The notes below the pieces were generated by a model, which ran no database searches, was not told where the DNA came from, and saw only the letters and a program-made list of their open reading frames with translations. This document shows positions 50,522 through 60,462 of a stretch of 64,000 bases of DNA, piece by piece. Both the position numbers and the translations under genes were made by a program. Positions within the stretch are counted from its first letter, which is position 1. Every line of letters starts with the position of its first letter. The stretch is from contig CAWEYG010000003.1 of NCBI GenBank assembly GCA_963813155.1, forward strand, positions 736,001 to 800,000. The letters run 5' to 3'. The stretch is from an uncultured Acidobacteriota bacterium (GTDB taxonomy: Bacteria > Acidobacteriota > Thermoanaerobaculia > UBA5066 > DATFVB01).

Positions 50522-51608
50522 CTACCGGACCCGGACCTTCAGCGCGAGGCCGAAGTCCGCTCGGTCGCCGAAAGCGGGGACGTTTTCCGTCAGGGTGACG
50601 CCCGCGGCGACGCGCGATGGAAAGATCGCGGTCCACGCCGAGCGCGATCTCGAACCCGGTATGCGAGAGGTCTCCGAGCCCGTCCCGGCGGAAAGGGCTC
50701 TGCTCGTACGTCGCGGAAGCGCCGATCCTCGTGCTCGCGCCAAACGAGCGCGTCGCCCCGACGAGAGCCCGCGCGAACCACGCGACCGGGAGCCCCGTTT
50801 CGCTGCGCCATTTTCCCGGGAAGACGACGCCCGCTTCGCCATCGAGCGTCCATCGCGGACCGTCGCGCCGGGCGAACGCGAGAGCGCCCGCGTCCCACGA
50901 TCCCGAACCGTTGAAATTCCTGGCGCTTCCCGTCGGGGCCTTGACGGCCGCGTCGGCGCCGTAGGACCACCGCGAACCGCCGCCCGGTCGCCACGACAGC
51001 GTCGCCGTCGCGTCGCCGAGACCCGATTCCGGCGGGCGGTCGTCGAAGGTCATCGCGCCGTTCGGCCTTTGGATGACGACGTCGAAGGAATCGGCGGGAA
51101 ACTCGTCGCGGCCCGACTGCGGGAGGCCGAACGCCCGATGAAACGCCTCGACCGCGGAACCTCCGCGGATCGCGTCGTGCGACACGTAAACGAGCTCGAG
51201 GGAGACCGAGAAACACCGGGAAAGCCCCGCTCGGCCGGTCAGGCCCGCGCGAAACAAATCGCTCTCGAGAAAGAACACCCGGTCTCCTGGAAAATCCCGA
51301 TGGATCATTTCGGCCTCGGCGCTCGTGAACGGCGTTCCGGCGAGACCGAGGTTCTTGTGGTAGCTCAGCGCGTGCCAGGTCGAGGAGAACGTGCTCGCGT
51401 ACGCGGTTTCGAGCGTCCAGTTCACCGCTCCCGGTTCGGGGCTCGCCGCGTCGGCAGGGCCAAAATCGAGAAACGGGACGTGGAGGACATGAAGGCTTCG
51501 TTCGCCGAAAACGGGCGGAGAGTTACTCTGGGACGGCGCTCCGCGGACAGGCAACCGCGGGGGCAGACCATCACTGCGCGAAAAACGCTCCAGTCGCCGA
51601 AGTCGCAA
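50522..51608 (-). CDS. DUF3187-like outer-membrane beta-barrel protein, apparent frameshift ~50610; start uncertain
   Basis: VEAFHRAFGLPQSGR, GLGD, VKAPTG...GSGSWD; tail TEN...RADFGLALKVRVR* in the next frame. Confidence 0.7.
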
Positions 51609-51642
51609 ACGACTTGAAATCTATCGCATTTCGACGACGACC

Positions 51643-51670
51643 TTGACGCCGCGAGACGCCCCTGTATAAT
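51643..51670 (+). promoter_or_regulatory. Sigma-70 promoter
   Basis: TTGACG-N16-TATAAT, 9 nt upstream of TTG 51680. Confidence 0.7.
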
Positions 51671-51679
51671 CTCCGGCGG

Positions 51680-53379
51680 TTGTCCACCCGCCGAACGATC
51701 CCGCGCAAACAGGGAGTACTCGTCCACAGGTCCGTCCGCAGCGCGGCTTTTTCGATTTTCGCGCTCCTGCTGGCGCCGACGACGAGACTCTTCGCCGCCT
51801 CGTACTTCATGATCTCCGACGAGTCCCTGGCCCGGCGGAGCCCCGTCGTCGTGCGCGCGACCGCGCTCGCGTCGAGAGTTCTTCCGGCGGGCGGTTTCCA
51901 CACGGAGACCCGCACGACCTTCTCCGTCGAAGAGGTCGTCCGCGGAACCGCCGGGCGGTCGATCGACGTCGCGCTGCCGGGAGGAAACCTGCCCTCCGGC
52001 GCCGGATCGTACGCCTGGATGCCGGAATTCCGGGCCGGCAGCGACTACGTCCTCTTTCTCGCGCGCCGATCCGACGGCGTCTACGGCGTCGTGGAGCTGG
52101 AGCTCGGGATCTTCGAGGTCCAATACGACGCGGCCGGCGCCGCGTTCGCCGTTCGCCCGCGTTTCCCGTCGAGCGCCGCGCCGTCGCGATCGCTCGACTC
52201 GGCCGGCGGCCTCCCCGCGGAGCGTCCCGCGGGAGCTGCGCGCGTTCCTCTCGATGATCGCTGGACCGACTTCCCCCGTTTCGGGAAAGCCGCCCGCCGG
52301 ACGCCTGCAGTCCGTCCCGGTGTCGGGGACGGGCGGACAGATCCGGCCGATGTGGAACAACCTCGGCAGCGTTCTCGCGCGCTGGCCCACGAACGCGCCG
52401 ATCTCCGCCGGCTACGTCGACGACGACACGACCGACGGCGGCACGGGTCCGCAGGCCAACCTCACCGGAGGCGGAGGAGGTTTGCCCCAGCTCCAGAACG
52501 CCGTTTCCCACTGGAACGACGACTCCTCGAGCAGCATCAACATCTCGTTCTCGGCCGGGTCGAAATCGGTCACGATTCACACCGACAACGTCTCGGAGTT
52601 CTCCGGAGGAACGGGAATTCCGTGCGATCTCGGCGTCGTCGGCCTCACGATCGTCTCGTGGAGCTCCGCGAATCAGACCTTCAAGAGACGAGAGCTATCG
52701 AACGCTGCTCGGGGCCGACGTCTACCTTCGCCGTTGGGATTGCCTGACGAGCACCTACCTGCCGAGCGCTTTCGAGAATGTCGCGACGCACGAGCTCGGC
52801 CATGCCCTCGGCCTCGATCATCCCGACCAGGCGACGAGCCCGCACGACCACACGCCGAACGACGTTGCGGACGCCGTCATGATCTCGACCGGCAGCTACA
52901 CCCGCCACACCGGCCTCGGCAGCGACGACGTCGAGGGAATTTGCTGGCTGTACGGAGCCTGTACGGACACCGTCGCGCCTCCTCCCCCGCCACCGCCCCC
53001 ACCGCCACCGCCTCCCCCGCCGCCTCCGCCTCCGACGAGCGGCTGCCAGGCGGGCGCGAACACATTGTGCCTGCAGGGTGCCCGCTTCCGCGTGAGCGTC
53101 GCGTGGCAGGCCTTGAACGAGGGCACGAGCGGAAACGGCATCGCGATCCCGCTGACGGGAGACACGGGCGCATTCTGGTTCTTCGATCCGAGCAACCTCG
53201 AGCTCACCGTCAAGGTTCTCGACGGCCGCCCGATCAACAAACACTTCTGGGTGTTCTACGGCGCGCTGTCGAACGTGCAGTACACGATCACCGTCACCGA
53301 CACGCAGACCGGAGCGATCCGGAAGTACACGAACCCGCAAAATACGATGGCAAGCGTGGGAGACGTAGCCGCCTTCTAG
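51680..53379 (+). CDS. Secreted metzincin (matrixin/M10-like) metalloprotease with polyproline linker and lineage-type C-terminal domain, frameshifted
   Basis: Signal peptide; HELGHALGLDH (52789-52821) and Met-turn AVMIS are in frame with ORF 52879..53379; the N-terminal parts lie in two other frames. Confidence 0.82.
52978..53034 (+). repeat. (CCN)19 polyproline-coding tract
   Basis: 19 consecutive Pro codons with mixed third positions. Confidence 0.95.
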
Positions 53380-54512
53380 CGTCCGGAAGCCTCCGGGGGT
53401 GACGCTGCCGCGAGCGCACAAGCGACAGCTTCGACTTCTTCCGGGGTCAACTCCGGGTAGCACGGGATCGAGACCACTTCTCCCGCGACCCGTTCGGAGA
53501 CCGGCAGCGCGCCCTCCGGGAATTGCGGGTCGGCGAAGGCGGGTTCCAGATGCGCCGGGTTTGGATAGTGAACGTCGGTCTCGACGCCAAGGTCCGCGAG
53601 CCGGGCGCGAACGCGCTCCCGTTCGAGGGTCCGGATCACGAAGAGGTGGTACACGTGCTCCCGCTCGGGAGACTCGAAAGGAGCAACGAGACGGGTGCCT
53701 GCCAGCGCCTTCCTGTACCGGTCCGCGATCGCGCGCCTCGCCCGATTCCAACCCTCGAGGCGCGGCAACTTCACGCGCAGAATCGCGGCCTGAACTTCGT
53801 CGAGGCGGCTGTTCGCTCCGCCGGGAAGGACGGCGTGAAAACGGCTCTCCCACCCGTATTCCCTCAGCTGTCGGACGCGGAGCGCGAGATCTTCGTCGTT
53901 GGTCACGACGATGCCTCCGTCGCCTGCCGCCCCGAGGTTCTTCGTCGGGTAGAAGCTGAAACAGCCCGCGGCCGCGAGGCTGCCGACCGGTCTCCCCCGA
54001 TATCGCGCCCCGTGGGCCTGGGAGCAGTCTTCGATGACGGGCAAACCGCGCCGTCCCGCGATCTCGAGAATTTCGTCCATTTCGGCAGGAAGGCCGTAGA
54101 GATGCACGACGAGAACGGCAGACGCCGCGGCCGTGATTCCCCGCGCCAGGGACCCGGGGTCCATCGTTTGCGAGAGAACATCGACATCGACGTAGACCGG
54201 TCGCGCTCCGGCGAGGCGGATCGCGGCCGGCCCGGGTACACCGGCGTTGGCCACCGTGACGACGTCGCTGCCCGCCTTCACTCCGGAAGCGAGGAGCGCC
54301 AGGCGGATCGCGTCCGTGCCGCTGCCGACCCCGACGCCGTGCGCGGCGCCGCACAGACTCGAGAATTCGTTTTCGAACGCTTTCGTCTGGGGTCCGAGGA
54401 TGTACCGACCCCGTTCGAGGGCCCCGGACACGGCCTCCCGGAGCTCCGGCTCGATGGACCGGAACTGGCGCGCCAGATCACCGAACGGAACGCGAATCGG
54501 CGCGTCTACCAG
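53376..54512 (-). CDS. DegT/DnrJ/EryC1/StrS sugar aminotransferase
   Basis: GSGTDA, VHLYG, EDCSQAHG, SFYPTKNLGAAGDGG, NSRLDE; start uncertain (possibly CTG). Confidence 0.92.
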   Translation of the reverse strand: MVDAPIRVPFGDLARQFRSIEPELREAVSGALERGRYILGPQTKAFENEFSSLCGAAHGVGVGSGTDAIRLALLASGVKAGSDVVTVANAGVPGPAAIRLAGARPVYVDVDVLSQTMDPGSLARGITAAASAVLVVHLYGLPAEMDEILEIAGRRGLPVIEDCSQAHGARYRGRPVGSLAAAGCFSFYPTKNLGAAGDGGIVVTNDEDLALRVRQLREYGWESRFHAVLPGGANSRLDEVQAAILRVKLPRLEGWNRARRAIADRYRKALAGTRLVAPFESPEREHVYHLFVIRTLERERVRARLADLGVETDVHYPNPAHLEPAFADPQFPEGALPVSERVAGEVVSIPCYPELTPEEVEAVACALAAASPPEASGR

Positions 54513-55510
54513 TACCGCTCCCGATTCTTCCGGAAGAATTCGACCGTTCGCGCGAGACCTTCGCGAAGAGCGACGCGGGGCCGCCAGCCGAGCTCGACTT
54601 CGATTCGTTGGAACGAGCTGTAGACGTCGCCCACGTCGAGGGCCTTCTTTTCCGGAGGCCACGGCACGAGGCGGTAGCTTCCCGAGCCCGCGAGCTCGAT
54701 CAGGAGGTCGAGCAACTGGCGGTGCTCGGTCGGCTCCAACCCCCCCAGGTTGTAGATCCGGCCGTTGCTCCGCTCGTCGGCGGCGGCGAGGAGGAAGGCG
54801 TCGACGACATCGTCCACGTAGTTGTAGTCGCGCATCTGGGTGCCGTCGCCGAAGATCTCGACTTCTCCTCCTTCGACGACGAGCCGGACGAACCAGCCGA
54901 GCGCCGTTTGGCGACTGTGCTTGACGAGCATTCCCGGGCCGTACGTATTGGTCAGGCGAAGCGAACAGGCGCGAATTCCGTACACGTCGTTGTAAAGGAT
55001 GTGATACCGCTCGCCCGCCATCTTGTTGATGCCATTGACGTCCACCGGCCGAACCGGGTGCGCTTCGTCGATCGGGAGATAGCTCGGCCGGCCGTAGATC
55101 TGCCTTGTGCCGGCAAAAACGATCTTCGCGTCCCGATTGAACTTTCGGCAGGCTTCGAGGATCGACACCTGCGCCCGGCAGTTGATGTCGAGGTCCGTGA
55201 AAGGATCCTCCATCGAATCCCAATGGCTGACCTGGCCCGCGAGATTGAAAATGAAATCGCGATCCTGCACGAGATACTGCATCGAGTGCCCGTCGCGGAC
55301 GTCGGCAAAATTCACGCGGACCCGGTCTTGAATCCCTTCGATGTTGTGGAGATTGCCCCCGTATTCCGGAATCATGCTGTCGACGAGGACGACGTCCGCA
55401 CCGGAGGCCGCGAGCGCGCGAGCGAGGTGGCTACCGATGAACCCCAGGCCTCCCGTGACGAGGCATCTCTTCCCGGAAAAGAAATCTCGCGAGCGAGGAG
55501 AATCAGTCAA
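54506..55510 (-). CDS. NAD-dependent epimerase/dehydratase
   Basis: VTGGLGFIG, FNLAG, NGINK (non-canonical YxxxK position), RLTNTYGP, RDYNYVDD. Confidence 0.92.
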   Translation of the reverse strand: MTDSPRSRDFFSGKRCLVTGGLGFIGSHLARALAASGADVVLVDSMIPEYGGNLHNIEGIQDRVRVNFADVRDGHSMQYLVQDRDFIFNLAGQVSHWDSMEDPFTDLDINCRAQVSILEACRKFNRDAKIVFAGTRQIYGRPSYLPIDEAHPVRPVDVNGINKMAGERYHILYNDVYGIRACSLRLTNTYGPGMLVKHSRQTALGWFVRLVVEGGEVEIFGDGTQMRDYNYVDDVVDAFLLAAADERSNGRIYNLGGLEPTEHRQLLDLLIELAGSGSYRLVPWPPEKKALDVGDVYSSFQRIEVELGWRPRVALREGLARTVEFFRKNRERYW

Positions 55511-55934
55511 TTCGATCCGAATTGTAGCCCGTGTCCGGAGCCGATTCCGCGGCGCGAACGCCCAGGGCCCACCGCGCGAGAAAGAACGTCAGCGGAACGC
55601 TCCCGACGATCGCGAGACCGGATGCCATCCATTGAGGCAGGTGGCCGTTCGCCAGACACATCCAGAGGATCGCCATTCCCAGCGCGTACTGGCCGACGTA
55701 AACGACCGGATAGCGCAGGAAGGCGCTCCACGTCGCCGGCCGGCGAAAAACGTAGCGCGAATTCAGCGCGAAAGAGAGCAGGATCCCCGCGAGATACGAG
55801 GCCGAATAGGCGATCGGATACGGAAGGTAAGCGACGAGGGCGAGGTAGAGAAGATAAGTGGCGACGGTATTGACGGCCCCCGCGAGAAGGAAGCGCCGCG
55901 GCTCCCCGGAACCGAGGAGGTTCGCGAAGCTCAC
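55503..55934 (-). CDS. GtrA-family lipid-linked sugar flippase
   Basis: RFLLAGAVNT, SFALNSRYVF, four TMs. Confidence 0.88.
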   Translation of the reverse strand: MSFANLLGSGEPRRFLLAGAVNTVATYLLYLALVAYLPYPIAYSASYLAGILLSFALNSRYVFRRPATWSAFLRYPVVYVGQYALGMAILWMCLANGHLPQWMASGLAIVGSVPLTFFLARWALGVRAAESAPDTGYNSDRID

Positions 55935-56722
55935 GGCTTCTGACCCGCGGACGGCCCGTTGAGGCTCTCGCTTCCCGCGGGTTCGCGGACACCTTCGCGG
56001 CGAACGACGAGCTGCCACCAGAGCTCGATCAGCTGGATCAGCGTGCGCCAGAGCCGGCGAAAATTGAAGAACTGGCTCTTCCCGTAGGCGCGATGAAAGT
56101 GGTGAACGGGGACCTCCGCGAATCGAAAGCCGGCGTCCTGCAGCTTCTTGACGAGCTCCAGACAGATCGTCCCGGTGTTCGATTGCAGGTCGACGACGTC
56201 GAACACGCGGCGTCGCAGCAGGCGGAAATCGCAGTCGACGTCCCGCAGACGGAAGCCGAATGCCGCGCGGACGATGTGGTGATAGACCCGGCCGATGATT
56301 TTTCGGTGAAGCGGATCCGATCGGTCGATCTTGTAACCGTTGACGACGTCGACCTCCGGAGACATCGCCTCGGCGAGCCGGCGAAGCTCCCGGGGATCGT
56401 ACTGGGCGTCGCCGTCGGTATAGAAGACCAGCTCCCGCGTTGCCGCCGCGAATCCGGTGCGAAGCGCGGCTCCATAGCCCCGGTTTCGGCCGTGGTCGAT
56501 CACACGCAAGCTCGGATATCGGGCCGCCAGCTCCTTCAGGATGTCGGCCGTGTAATCGGTCGATCCGTCATTGACGACGATGATCTCGAAGTCGTCGGTG
56601 AGCGAGCAGAGGGTAGCCTCGGCCGAGACGACCATGCTCGCGATCGTCCCGCCGTCGTTGAACGCGGGGAAAAACGCGGAAATCGACGGGCGGCCGGCGC
56701 GATCGTCAGCCACTTTTCTCAC
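55931..56722 (-). CDS. GT2 polyprenol-phosphate glycosyltransferase (DPM1-like)
   Basis: PAFND, VNDGSTD, NRGYGAAL, DGDAQY, DVDCDF. Confidence 0.92.
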   Translation of the reverse strand: MRKVADDRAGRPSISAFFPAFNDGGTIASMVVSAEATLCSLTDDFEIIVVNDGSTDYTADILKELAARYPSLRVIDHGRNRGYGAALRTGFAAATRELVFYTDGDAQYDPRELRRLAEAMSPEVDVVNGYKIDRSDPLHRKIIGRVYHHIVRAAFGFRLRDVDCDFRLLRRRVFDVVDLQSNTGTICLELVKKLQDAGFRFAEVPVHHFHRAYGKSQFFNFRRLWRTLIQLIELWWQLVVRREGVREPAGSESLNGPSAGQKP

Positions 56723-56836
56723 CCCACCCGCGCCAGCACTTCGGGCTCATCCGGCTTCAATTCGCCTCCAATTTGCGCGAAAAAGGCATTGTAGCGGTTA
56801 TACTGCGTCGTTTTCGAGAAGGAACGAGGAGGCACG

Positions 56837-57802
56837 TTGAAGACCGCTCTGATCACAGGTACCACGGGCCAGGACGGCTCGTACCTTTCCGAGTACCTCC
56901 TGGGACTCGGCTACAAGGTGTACGGGCTGATTCGCCGCAGCTCGACCCAGAATTTCGAAAGGGTCGCGCACATCCAGGACCGGATCGAATTCCTGAACGC
57001 CGACCTGCTCGACCAGAACTCCCTGACCAACGCGATCGCCGAAGCGAAACCGGACGAGGTCTACAACCTCGCGGCACAGTCGTTCGTTCCGGCTTCGTGG
57101 TCGCAGCCCGTCCTGACCGGCGAATTCACGGCACTCGGCGTGACCCGCATGCTCGAAGCGATCCGCGTGTTGAATCCGAAGATCCGGTTCTACCAGGCGT
57201 CCTCCTCGGAAATGTTCGGAAAGGTGCACTCGGTTCCCCAGGACGAGGAGACGAAATTCCATCCGCGCAGTCCCTACGGGGTCGCGAAGCTGTACGGGCA
57301 CTGGATCACGGTGAATTACCGGGAGTCGTACGGCATGCACGCGGTCTCGGGAATCCTCTTCAATCACGAGTCTCCGCGCCGCGGAGAGGAATTCGTCACG
57401 CGAAAGATTTCGCTCGGCGCCGCGCGCATCGCCGCTGGACTGCAGAAGGAGCTGCGCCTCGGAAACCTCGAGGCCAAGCGCGACTGGGGCTTCACGGGCG
57501 ACTACGTGAAAGCGATGCACATGATGCTGCAGCACGACGAGCCGAAGGATTACGTCGTCGGCACCGGAGAGACCCACACGGTCGAAGAATTCGTCGACAT
57601 CGCCTTTTCGCGCGTCGGGCTCAAATGGCGGGACCACGTCGTGATCGACAGGAAATTCGTCCGCCCGGCGGAGGTCGACCTCCTCATCTCGAATCCGCGG
57701 CGCGCGCGCGAAGAGCTCGGCTGGGTACCCGAAGTCCCGTTTCGCGCTCTCGTCGAAATGATGGTCGACGCGGACGTGAAGCTGACTCAGGAACGCCGGT
57801 GA
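56837..57802 (+). CDS. gmd: GDP-mannose 4,6-dehydratase
   Basis: TGTTGQDGSYL, YQASSSEMFG, PRSPYGVAK, LFNHESPRRG, RDWG. Confidence 0.96.
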   Translation: MKTALITGTTGQDGSYLSEYLLGLGYKVYGLIRRSSTQNFERVAHIQDRIEFLNADLLDQNSLTNAIAEAKPDEVYNLAAQSFVPASWSQPVLTGEFTALGVTRMLEAIRVLNPKIRFYQASSSEMFGKVHSVPQDEETKFHPRSPYGVAKLYGHWITVNYRESYGMHAVSGILFNHESPRRGEEFVTRKISLGAARIAAGLQKELRLGNLEAKRDWGFTGDYVKAMHMMLQHDEPKDYVVGTGETHTVEEFVDIAFSRVGLKWRDHVVIDRKFVRPAEVDLLISNPRRAREELGWVPEVPFRALVEMMVDADVKLTQERR

Positions 57803-57834
57803 GCCGCGGCGCGTGCGTGCTGGAAGTGCTATGA

Positions 57835-60382
57835 TTGCTTCCGGTTTGTGTGAATTTCCTATCTGGCCTTTCCTCGCGCCTTCCTCTCTGTAGCGCGCCG
57901 AATCCCGCGCGGATACTGGCGGCCGCGGCGCTTCTCCAACTTTTCCTTCTCGCCGGACCCGCCCGCGCGCAGCCGGCGGGCGAGCAACCGGTTCGCCCGG
58001 TCGTGAGTCTGCCCTCTCACCATGACATTTCTCCTCCGCTTCGAAGCCTTCCGCCGGCCGCGCGCCGGGGTGGCCCGCCCCGGGAGGCTCCCGAGCCCGG
58101 CCCTCTTCCTCCGCGGCACACCAACGGGGAGGCCGATCCCGTGACGCAGACGTGGAATGGCCCGCTCGCGATGCCTTCGACGAACGTCAATTTCGAGGGA
58201 ATCGGGCAGGGGCTCGCGGGCTTTACGGTTCAATGGGCTCCGCCTGACACCGACGGCGACGTCGGCCCAAACCACTATGTTCAGATCGTCAATACTGACT
58301 TCGCGGTCTTCAATAAGAGCGGGACCCTGCTCTATGGCCCGGTTTCGACAAACACTCTCTGGAGCGGCTTCGGAGGCGCGTGCCAGACCGCCAATGACGG
58401 CGACGCGGTCGTCAAGTACGACAAGCGCGCCGACCGTTGGATTTTCGAGCAACCGGTATTCGAGTCGCCGTACATGCAGTGCCTCGCGATCTCGACGACG
58501 GCCGACCCTACTGGTTCCTACGCCCGCTACTCCTACACGTTTTCGAACTTTCCCGATTACCCGAAGCTCTCCGTCTGGCCGGACGGCTATTACATGACGT
58601 ACAACATGTTCAACGGGAATAGCTTCGTCGGCGGCGAGACTTGCGCCTACGACCGCTCGAAGATGCTCACCGGTGCCGCCGCCACGCAACAGTGTTTCGG
58701 CCCGGTCTCGGCGATGGGCGGATCGGTTCCGTCAGACCTCGATGGCCCAACGGACCCCCCGGCGGGATCACCCGACTACGTCATGAGCTACGAGACGTTT
58801 CAAAGCTCCCCGCCGGTGCTGCTCCTCTGGAAGGCCCACGTCGACTGGGTCGAATTCCGGAAATTCGGCGCTTTCCGGGCCAGCGACGATCACGCCCGCC
58901 ACATTTTCTCCCGCCTGCGGCGGGGGAACCTGCATCCCCCAGCCGGGAACGACGAATCAGCTCGACTCGCTCGCGGACCGGTTCATGATGCGCCTTGGCT
59001 ACCGGAACTTTGGAGACCACGAATCGCTCGTCGTCAATCACAGCGTAACGCCGCCCGGCTCCGGAGTCAGCGGAATCCGCTGGTACGAGATCCGCTCGCC
59101 GGGTAGCTCGCCCTCGATCTTCCAGCAAGGCACGTACGCGCCCGACGACGGGGCTTCTCGGTGGATGGGATCGGCCGCGATGGACGGTTCCGGCGACGTC
59201 GCCGTCGGCTACAGCGTCTCGTCGGGTACCGTCTACCCGTCGGTCGCCTACACCGGGCGACTCGCAGGCGATCCCCTCGGGACGCTGCCGGAGGGCGAAT
59301 CGACGATGCGGTCCGGAAGCGGCTCGCAGACGAAGGCCAAGGGAGGCTCCTCGCTGACCCGCTGGGGCGATTACAGCGCCCTCGCGGTCGATCCTGTCGA
59401 CGACTGCACCTTCTGGTACACCGACGAGTACCTTGCCACGACGGGAGCGTTCAACTGGCAAACACGGATCGGGTCGTTCCGGTTCGCGAGCTGCGGCTGC
59501 GCCTCGAACCCAACGGCAGTCGCCTCCGGCAGCGCAGCGATCTGCGCCGGCAAGTCCACATCGCTTTCCGGCTCCGGGGGCGTTTCGTGCTCGTGGTCGC
59601 CGTCGACGGGCCTTTCGAATGCGTCGAGCTGCTCGCCGACGGCCTCGCCCGCGGCAACGACGACCTACACGCTCACGGTCACCGACGCCAGCGGATGCCC
59701 TTCCACCAACGGTCCGACAGTCACGGTCACCATCAACCCCCCGCCCGCGACACCCGTGATCACCGCTTCTTCGACCGCCAATCCGGGGGACACGGGGTTG
59801 ATCGCCTCGGTCGCGAACCACGTCGGAAGCACCTACGCCTGGTCGATTACCAACGGAACGATCACGCTGGGCAACGGCACGAACCAGATCACGTTCACGG
59901 CCGGTGTCGCCGGCACGTTGACGCTTCAGGTCGTCGAGACGAATTCGAACGGCTGCGCGTCGGTCACGGGCTCGACGACAGTCCAGGTCGGCTCGGGCGG
60001 TTCGGCGGGGGCTTTGTTCTATACCCTCATGCCCTGCCGGGTCGTCGACACCCGCAACATAGCGGGACCGTACGGCGGGCCTTCTTTGAGCGCAGATTCG
60101 ACACGAACCTTCGTGCTGGCCGGACAGTGCGGAATTCCGAGTGACGCGAAGGCCGTCTCGCTGAACGTTACGGTTGTCGCGCCGACTTCCGGTGGCACCC
60201 TCAAGCTCAATCCTGCCGGCGTCTCGCCAAGCGTCGCGACGGCGATCAACTTCAATGCCTTGCAGACTCGCGCAAACAACGCGCTCGCGTTTCTCGGCGC
60301 AACGGGAGCCGTCAGCGTCGAGGACGACCAGACATCGGGCACAACGAATTTACTCATCGATGCGAACGGATATTTCAAGTGA
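57835..60382 (+). CDS. Large secreted protein (probable beta-propeller, Ig-like repeats, PCRxxDTR...GYF domain), apparent frameshift ~58850
   Basis: Signal peptide, PPDTDGDVGPNHYVQ, DYPKL, RWGDYS..VDP.DDCTFW, Ser/Thr-rich Ig-like segments, ends DANGYFK. Confidence 0.8.
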
Positions 60383-60462
60383 TCCGCTCTTGATTAAGAG
60401 TCATCAGTGCAAGGAGGCAAACCCCTGCTAAGATCGCGACGGCTTCGAAGTGGGGATCTCAA

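Noticed and set aside
52978-53034. C-rich tract as a contingency microsatellite or CRISPR-like repeat
   Set aside because: Third positions vary, so it is a protein-level polyproline linker; no repeat-spacer array was seen in the window.
380-55223. Numerous long antisense or alternate-frame ORFs (e.g. 380..2833, 13511..16765, 23756..26230, 48432..51617)
   Set aside because: Arg/Pro/Gly-rich shadow ORFs expected in high-GC DNA, overlapping well-supported genes and lacking recognisable motifs.
2624-60382. Many frameshifted genes as pseudogenes, programmed frameshifts or phase variation
   Set aside because: Indels hit housekeeping and accessory genes alike, often in short homopolymers, with no accompanying decay visible. 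This is typical of uncorrected long-read consensus; read-level data would be needed to claim otherwise.
60388-60401. Short palindrome CTCTTGATTAAGAG upstream of the FG-GAP gene
   Set aside because: Single occurrence with no T-tract and no recognisable operator; too weak to call.
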